Shown here piece by piece: positions 57,896 to 64,000 of a stretch of 64,000 nt of DNA. Source of the DNA: an uncultured Candidatus Binatia bacterium (GTDB taxonomy: Bacteria > Desulfobacterota > Binatia > UBA9968 > CAXXLF01); assembly GCA_965218425.1 (NCBI GenBank), contig OZ244621.1, forward strand, positions 2,016,001 to 2,080,000. The letters run 5' to 3'. The notes below the pieces were generated by a model. It searched no databases, had not been told where the DNA came from, and was given only the letters and a program-made list of their open reading frames with translations. Every line of letters begins with the position of its first letter. Position 1 is the stretch's first letter. The translations under genes and the position numbers were made by a program.

Positions 57896-59188
57896 TCAAG
57901 GCGCCTTTGGCTGAGCCGTCCCTTCAGCCGGTGTGCTGGGCTCTGATAAGATGATAAAGTCATCGTCTGACCCGGTAGCCGACTCGGTTTGAAAAATCGG
58001 CTTACCTAATATACTGACGGTTCTCTCATCAGAGGTGAACTCCCCGTCCTCATCCTCCACCGGCGTGGATTTGAAGATGTAGGAAAAAGGGTTGAGTTTG
58101 CTCAATAAACTCCGTTCTTTAGGTTCCCTATTAGCCGCGGAGGCCATAAGGGCGTCCACCGTGCCCTGCTTCGTCTCCTCCGCACGAAAAACCACTCCAG
58201 GCACCTTTACGTCCACCTGATGATTTCTCCTTAGATCCGATTTGAGCCACTTCAAGAACTGTTCCTCTGAAACTTTGGCGTTGAGATCGGCCTTTATTTT
58301 TTCTTCAACTGAAGAAAGGGGCATTACGGTTCCGCGATTGCGGTCTTGCACCTCGAAGAGGTGAACCCCGAGACTCGTGCGGATGGGCTGACTGATATCC
58401 CCAACAGACATTTTGAAGGCCGCATTAGCCAGTTCACTGATTAGGCTGGCACGGTCCACCCAGCCAATTTCTCCCCCCTCGGAAGCCCCGGCGCCCTGAG
58501 AGTGTTTACGCGCTAGTTGAGCAAAGGATTCTCCGGCAAGGGCGAGTTTACGAACCTCCAGAGCCCTTGAGACCACTGCCTTTTCTTTCTCGGGGGTTGG
58601 AGGATCTGGAATTTGAAAAAGGATATGCCGCAGGCGGATTTTGTCCTTAGTGCGAAACTTGTTCTTGTTTGCTTGGTAGTATCGATTGACGTCTTCGGGG
58701 GTGATGGTTATTTTCTCTTTGACCTGCCTTCTGACCAATTTTTCTCTTTCCATCTGGGAACGTATGGATTCCCGGTATCGCTTCATATCCATGCCATCCC
58801 GGCGCAAGACCGCGACCAATTGGGCCTCTGTCAAGCCGTTTTTTTCCACAATCATTGCGATGAATCCGTTGATCTGTGCATCGTCCACGATTATCCCCAG
58901 TCGCTTGGCTTCAGCCGAAATGAGTTTATCCGTGATAAACTGTTCCAATATCGCCAATGATTTTGAGTCTTGGCTCATCTTGGAGAGCTCATGGGTGGGC
59001 ATTTTCGCGCCCGTCTTGGTCTTCGCGTATTGATCAAGGTCGGAAAGGGTATGTGGATCGCCGTCAACCACCACCACCACTTGTTCAACCAGCATCGCCA
59101 GGAGAGGAGTGTGGATTGGCAAAAGGAGGATCCACAGCGCCATGGAAGCGTGAATGACAGCAAGTCTAAATCGTAATTGACTGGTCAA
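57896..59188 (-). CDS. surA: SurA-like parvulin peptidyl-prolyl isomerase/chaperone
   Basis: Signal/TM segment, SurA N-domain and parvulin motifs RLRHIL, FAQLARKHS, GGEIGW and GDISQPI..SLGVHL. The mfd-surA-pdxA order supports the call. Confidence 0.82.
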   Translation of the reverse strand: MTSQLRFRLAVIHASMALWILLLPIHTPLLAMLVEQVVVVVDGDPHTLSDLDQYAKTKTGAKMPTHELSKMSQDSKSLAILEQFITDKLISAEAKRLGIIVDDAQINGFIAMIVEKNGLTEAQLVAVLRRDGMDMKRYRESIRSQMEREKLVRRQVKEKITITPEDVNRYYQANKNKFRTKDKIRLRHILFQIPDPPTPEKEKAVVSRALEVRKLALAGESFAQLARKHSQGAGASEGGEIGWVDRASLISELANAAFKMSVGDISQPIRTSLGVHLFEVQDRNRGTVMPLSSVEEKIKADLNAKVSEEQFLKWLKSDLRRNHQVDVKVPGVVFRAEETKQGTVDALMASAANREPKERSLLSKLNPFSYIFKSTPVEDEDGEFTSDERTVSILGKPIFQTESATGSDDDFIILSEPSTPAEGTAQPKAP

Positions 59189-59218
59189 CCCTAGGCCCTC
59201 CTTTCCCTAATTAAATAG

Positions 59219-62200
59219 CTAACATACCTGATGGAGCTCTTGCAACATGGCCATCACCTCTTGAATGATGTTGCCCCAACCCTTGCCAGCAGGGGCGAAG
59301 GAGAAACGCCCGTCGGGAGAGAGCCGGTAGCGACCACCATCGTTGTTGATGAGTTTGAGCAGGCTGTTCACCTCCACGGGAGATTCGGCGTGAAAGAGTA
59401 GTGAGACCCTACCTTGTTGATAGCTAATCCGCTCCACCAGACACTCCTTCAGGGCTCGTCGGAGATCCATGACTTTAAAAAGGTTTTGTACCACCGGGGG
59501 GAAAGGTCCATAACGGTCCTGGAGTTCTTCTTGGATGGTCACCAACTCCTGGCTGCTTCCCAAGCCGGCTAACCGTTTATAGAAAAACAGTCTCTGATTT
59601 GTGTTGGGGATGTAATTAGCCGGGAGATAGGCTGGAATTCCCATTCGGATCTCCGGTTCCAGCCTGGGCACGACACCTTCCCCTTTGAGCCCCTTGACAG
59701 CTTCTTCCATCATCTGGGTGTATAGCTCTAAACCGACCGCGGCAATGTGGCCGGATTGCTCCTGTCCCAGGAGGTTTCCGGCCCCCCGGATCTCGAGATC
59801 GTGAAGGGCCAGCTTAAAACCTCCTCCCAGCTCGTCGATTTCTTGGAGTGCCATCAGTCTTTTCTGGGCATCGCGGGTGATGGTTCGTTCTCCCGGAATG
59901 AGGAGATAGGCGTAGGCTCGTTGGACCGATCGCCCCACGCGACCACGGAGTTGATAGAGCTGCGCCAACCCAAATCGATCTGCTCGGTTAATAAAAATGG
60001 TGTTGGCATTGGGGAAATCCATTCCCGATTCTATAATGGCAGAACAGACTAACATCTGAGTTTGGTTCTCATAGAAATCCACCATGGCCTTTTTGAGCTC
60101 TTTGGCCGGCATCTGGCCATGGGCCATCCCGATTTTAACCTCCGGAATCAGATCCATGAGTTTCTGGGCCATGCGATAGATGGTCTCCACCCGGTTGTGG
60201 AGGAAGAAGACTTGACCCCCCCGGTTGATCTCCCGGAGCACCGCGTCCCGGATGACGCCCTCATCGTACCTTGTGATGTAAGTACGAATGGCGAGTCTCC
60301 CGGCAGGTGGGCTCTCGATGATACTCAGGTCGCGGATGCCGATGAGGGACATATGAAGCGTACGTGGGATGGGCGTAGCCGTGAGGCTCATCACATCCAC
60401 CAATTGCCGCATCTTTTTCAGCCTCTCCTTGTGGATGACTCCGAATCGGTGCTCTTCGTCCACCACCATAAGCCCCAGGTCCTTAAATTGAACGCTTTTT
60501 TGGAGCAGGCGATGAGTGCCGATCGCAATGTCTACGAGCCCTTTGGTTAAGCCCTGAAGCACCTGCTGACTCTCCTTGGAGCTCACAAACCGGTTGAGGA
60601 TCTCGATCCTAACCGGATATCCGTTGAAGCGTTGGCGGAAGGTTTGCAGGTGTTGTTCTGCGAGAATGGTGGTAGGGGCCAAGACACCCACCTGTTTGCC
60701 GTTCATCACTGCAAGGAAGGCGGCCCTGAGGGCTACCTCGGTCTTTCCATACCCCACATCTCCGCATATCAGCCGATCCATGGGTTTCTTTTTCTGCAAA
60801 TCGGTGAGGGTTTCCTCGATGGCTCGTTCCTGGTCCGGGGTCTCCTCGAATTCAAATGAGGCCTCGAACTCACGGTAGAGTTGATCGGGTGCTAGATAGG
60901 AATTCCCCTCATGGACCTCCCGCACCGCATAGACGGCCATGAGATCTTTGGCCATGGCTAGAATCGACTTCTGAGTCTTTACCTTAACCTTTTCCCAAGA
61001 GCTTCCGCCGAGACGGTCCATGGAAGGGGGGGGGGCGTCACCGCTGATGTATTTCTGAACCAGGTTAATCTGATGTATGGGCAAATAAAGACGATCTCCT
61101 CCCTGATACTCCAGGTGGAGGAATTCGCCTTCAACTCCCGCTACCTTGAGAAATCTGAGTCCGCGATAGATTCCCACCCCGTGATCTATATGGACCACGG
61201 CATTGTCCTGCTTGAGTTCGCTCAGACTAGTAATAAAATGACTCGGGTGTGTCTTTTTCTTGAGCCGGTGAGATCTCTTTTTGGTGCCGAGGACTTCATC
61301 TACGGTGATCAGGATGAGCCCGTCCTCGGGCAATCGAAATCCCCGCGTTAGGTTTCCCACGACAAGCGCACGACAGGGCCCTTCACGGGCGAGCAAGGAA
61401 GGGAGCGGAGTATCAACCAATGGCACCTCCACCTCATAGTGTGCCAATAGACTCTGGATTCTGGTTGCCTCGCCCTCGGTAGGGGCCACGAAAACGACTC
61501 TTTCCTGCTGCCAATTCTTAAGATGGTTGATTAAAGGGACCAGTGAGGTTTCTCTGCTCGGGTGTGCCGAGATTTCCTGATGGAGGTCTGTATTGAGATG
61601 AGATTTTAGGGTCAGCACAGGCGCGCTGGATTGCCCTCGGGGCCGAAGGATATCGAGTGGCTCGCAGTAAATCCGGGCAAAGGCGGTGAGACTCTCCCGC
61701 CACTCCTCCTTGTTCATGTACAGTCTTTCTGTTGGGGGAGTGAGGCGACCTTCTTCCTTGGCCTTGGCGCCACGTTGCCAAATCAGCTTTTCGTACCGCT
61801 CCACCTCCTCCTCCAGTTGGGATTCTTGGTCGAGCCAGAGCAGGGACTCGGGGGGCAGGTGGGAAAATAGGGGGACCAGATGCTGGTAAAAATAGGGCGC
61901 GAGAAGCTCCATGCCCATAAAGGGGGCGCCACTCCTCAAAGATTCCACAAGGGAGTTCTTCTGTTTGCTTACCAAGTCCAATTCCTCAGCCCGTTCCTCG
62001 ATATCCCTGAGGATTCCTTGAATTTGTTTGGATCGAAGAGAAAACTCCTTCATGGGCAATAGTATGAGCTCCTGATGCTGCAATACGGACCTCTGGGTGG
62101 AGGGATCAAATTCCCGAATGGATTCTAGGTTGTCCGCAGAAAATTCCAGTCGCACGGGTCGAGGGTAGGCTGGTGGAAAGATATCGACGATTCCTCCACG

Positions 62201-62734
62201 GACGCTAAGGTCTCCGCGTTCTTCCACCAGGGGAACACTCTGGAAACCCCAGCCAATCAGATGCTCCAGCAGGTGCTCCCGTGAGATTTCCTCTCCAACC
62301 ACGAGGTAGCGGTAGGAGTTTTTAAAATCGTCCTTGGGGATAACCCTTTGCAGAAGTGCCGCAGGGGTGGAGACGAGAATGGGGGCGCGTCCTTCGATCA
62401 GGTGGTAGAGTCCTTCAAGTCGAGCCGCCACCAGTTCCAGGTGGGGTGAAAGGGCTTCAAAGGGTAGGACATCCCAGGATGGAAATAGATGGAGCCGCTT
62501 TTCCATAGGGGAGAGCCCTTCCTCTTCACCGAGAAAGAAGGCCAGGTCTTGGTATAGAACCTCGGCTTCCCTGGTGGTGGCGGCGATCAAAAGAATCGGA
62601 CGTTTTGTCTTTTCGGCAAGAAACGATAGGAGGTAGGCCCTGCCGCCACCCTTGAGGCCGTGGATCCTTTTTTCTCCGGTCCACTCTCCACCCATGAAGG
62701 TGTCGAGCTTTTCCTGCAATGGTGAATGGGTCAT
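59219..62734 (-). CDS. mfd: Transcription-repair coupling factor
   Basis: RGGIVDIFP, VVHIDHGVG, CGDVGYGKT, DEEHRFG, TATPIPRT and QLRGRVGR. Start at ATG 62734 overlaps the upstream stop. Confidence 0.96.
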   Translation of the reverse strand: MTHSPLQEKLDTFMGGEWTGEKRIHGLKGGGRAYLLSFLAEKTKRPILLIAATTREAEVLYQDLAFFLGEEEGLSPMEKRLHLFPSWDVLPFEALSPHLELVAARLEGLYHLIEGRAPILVSTPAALLQRVIPKDDFKNSYRYLVVGEEISREHLLEHLIGWGFQSVPLVEERGDLSVRGGIVDIFPPAYPRPVRLEFSADNLESIREFDPSTQRSVLQHQELILLPMKEFSLRSKQIQGILRDIEERAEELDLVSKQKNSLVESLRSGAPFMGMELLAPYFYQHLVPLFSHLPPESLLWLDQESQLEEEVERYEKLIWQRGAKAKEEGRLTPPTERLYMNKEEWRESLTAFARIYCEPLDILRPRGQSSAPVLTLKSHLNTDLHQEISAHPSRETSLVPLINHLKNWQQERVVFVAPTEGEATRIQSLLAHYEVEVPLVDTPLPSLLAREGPCRALVVGNLTRGFRLPEDGLILITVDEVLGTKKRSHRLKKKTHPSHFITSLSELKQDNAVVHIDHGVGIYRGLRFLKVAGVEGEFLHLEYQGGDRLYLPIHQINLVQKYISGDAPPPSMDRLGGSSWEKVKVKTQKSILAMAKDLMAVYAVREVHEGNSYLAPDQLYREFEASFEFEETPDQERAIEETLTDLQKKKPMDRLICGDVGYGKTEVALRAAFLAVMNGKQVGVLAPTTILAEQHLQTFRQRFNGYPVRIEILNRFVSSKESQQVLQGLTKGLVDIAIGTHRLLQKSVQFKDLGLMVVDEEHRFGVIHKERLKKMRQLVDVMSLTATPIPRTLHMSLIGIRDLSIIESPPAGRLAIRTYITRYDEGVIRDAVLREINRGGQVFFLHNRVETIYRMAQKLMDLIPEVKIGMAHGQMPAKELKKAMVDFYENQTQMLVCSAIIESGMDFPNANTIFINRADRFGLAQLYQLRGRVGRSVQRAYAYLLIPGERTITRDAQKRLMALQEIDELGGGFKLALHDLEIRGAGNLLGQEQSGHIAAVGLELYTQMMEEAVKGLKGEGVVPRLEPEIRMGIPAYLPANYIPNTNQRLFFYKRLAGLGSSQELVTIQEELQDRYGPFPPVVQNLFKVMDLRRALKECLVERISYQQGRVSLLFHAESPVEVNSLLKLINNDGGRYRLSPDGRFSFAPAGKGWGNIIQEVMAMLQELHQVC

Positions 62735-63102
62735 TGAGTAAGGAACCAGCACAACCGGATCTTGGGTGTCCGAGCCCGCGGGACGGCGGAGTTGGTCTCG
62801 CCGGCCTCCATCCGATTTGTCCATTTTTCCATGGAACGAATCAAGGATTTGACCCTGATCCCCAGGTAGGCGGGCTTATAGTTCTCGAGCCTAATGATGG
62901 CCAGGCGGACCATACGAACCGGGCCGGTGATCTCCCCAAATTCGTGGAAAATCCTGCAAGCCGCCGCTAGCTGCACCAACCCCTCCAGGAAAGGCTTGTG
63001 CTCCTCATCGGTGTGAAGGTAAAGATCCTCCAGGGATTCGTGGCATTCGAAAAAGCGACCGGCGTTAAACAAACCAATGCCTTCTTTCAGTCGAGCGTCC
63101 AT
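62731..63102 (-). CDS. DUF309 family protein
   Basis: GIGLFNAGRFFECHESLE and GLVQLAA. Confidence 0.85.
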   Translation of the reverse strand: MDARLKEGIGLFNAGRFFECHESLEDLYLHTDEEHKPFLEGLVQLAAACRIFHEFGEITGPVRMVRLAIIRLENYKPAYLGIRVKSLIRSMEKWTNRMEAGETNSAVPRARTPKIRLCWFLTQ

Positions 63103-63326
63103 TTTTCGTAACCTGGGTGACCCAAAATAAATCTAGCAACTCTCACCCCATGGCTCAAGGGTGAAGTTTGAGCTGTATGGGCAAACAGGGTCACTGTATT
63201 ACGCTTGATATCGGCTCGGGCTTCAACTAATATCCGGTACTTCTATTCAGGGGACAATATGCCGGAAGATCCGGATTCCAACCCTACAGGGAAGGACCCA
63301 GAGTTAAATCCAAGAGGAACAAAACC

Positions 63327-64000
63327 ATGTCATATCCGAAGGTGAAAGATAGAATAGAATCGTCACTGGATCACTACTGGGGAGGTATCAAAGAGCTGGT
63401 TGAGAATTATTTTTCCCACCCGAGATCCATGGAACAGGACGTTTACTGGTTGAGGGTCACCCTGTACAAAGAAATTAAATCCGTTCCTAAAATTTTACCG
63501 GTTCTCCAAGACCAGTATTCCAAGCTGGACCAAGAAGTAGACAGACACCTCTACGAAGGAATCGCCTACGAGTTGGCCGATGAGATTAAACATTACCGTT
63601 TGTTGGCGGACACTCTCGAATGGTTGACGGGTGAAAAGGTGGTTGCCAATCAATGTTCCCCGTCCCCCCAGCAGACTAAGCTGGAGGAGTTGCGCAAAAA
63701 CCTTGCGGAAGACCTTCGAATGGCTCCTCACCTCAATGTGGCCCATGAGACTGTGTTTGCATCGGTGATGAAAAACATATCCGGGGGAGAGCTGGAAAAA
63801 AGAATCGCTGATTCCTACCGACAGGTATTTTCCGATGAGGTAAATCACTACGAGCTGGGTTGGAAAGAACTACAGGCGGGTCATCTTGACGGTGAAAAAT
63901 TGGAACGGATCATCGCGGCGAATAAAAAAGTGGCCAGGCAGTATTTGGTGATGCGCAATGAGCTATTCGGAAACGTCCTGTCTGAAGAGAGACTCAAGGA
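63327..64000 (+). CDS. Ferritin-like (diiron four-helix bundle) protein, runs off the window
   Basis: Manual translation MSYPKVKDRIE... stays open to the window end and contains two D-E-x-x-H motifs (DEIKH, DEVNH). GAGG RBS. Confidence 0.7.
   Translation, partial: MSYPKVKDRIESSLDHYWGGIKELVENYFSHPRSMEQDVYWLRVTLYKEIKSVPKILPVLQDQYSKLDQEVDRHLYEGIAYELADEIKHYRLLADTLEWLTGEKVVANQCSPSPQQTKLEELRKNLAEDLRMAPHLNVAHETVFASVMKNISGGELEKRIADSYRQVFSDEVNHYELGWKELQAGHLDGEKLERIIAANKKVARQYLVMRNELFGNVLSEERLK

Overview
Bacterial chromosomal window, moderately GC-rich. The gene content resembles Deltaproteobacteria-like lineages such as Ca. Binatia, but this is inference only. (1) 1-8 kb: aromatic/acid catabolic genes (TctC-type binding protein, phthalate-pathway-like decarboxylase, Rieske oxygenase and dihydrodiol dehydrogenase, an orphan 2-oxoacid dehydrogenase E1 alpha/beta pair) ending at tRNA-Phe. 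(2) 8-14 kb: gshB, RDD protein, rsmE, prmA, AAA-DUF4143 ATPase and an orphan antitoxin. (3) 14.7-19.8 kb: deacetylase-cupin-amidohydrolase-ThDP enzyme cluster. (4) 20-25.4 kb: decayed mobile DNA with one intact IS3 element, IS3 ends, a broken toxin-antitoxin pair and a 1.34-kb phage-like cargo between 25-bp inverted repeats. (5) 25-32 kb: small accessory genes, including a CbtB-like peptide. (6) 32-42 kb: M1 aminopeptidase followed by addB-addA. (7) 42-47 kb: MarR, nucleoside phosphorylase, an internally duplicated MtnA-like isomerase, class II aldolase and acyl-CoA ligase. (8) 47-64 kb: core genes (lipid A acyltransferase, iscS-iscA-nifS-rrf2, uvrA, phosphomannomutase, pdxA, surA, mfd, DUF309, partial ferritin-like protein). 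Best novelty candidates: the DHAP-shunt-like nucleoside catabolic operon with a duplicated isomerase and a CoA ligase; a recurring twin-hairpin element with complementary (kissing) loops inside nested palindromic intergenic repeat islands; a multi-stem RNA candidate upstream of pdxA; and the IR-bounded cargo element. All functional calls come from motif recognition by eye; no searches were run.
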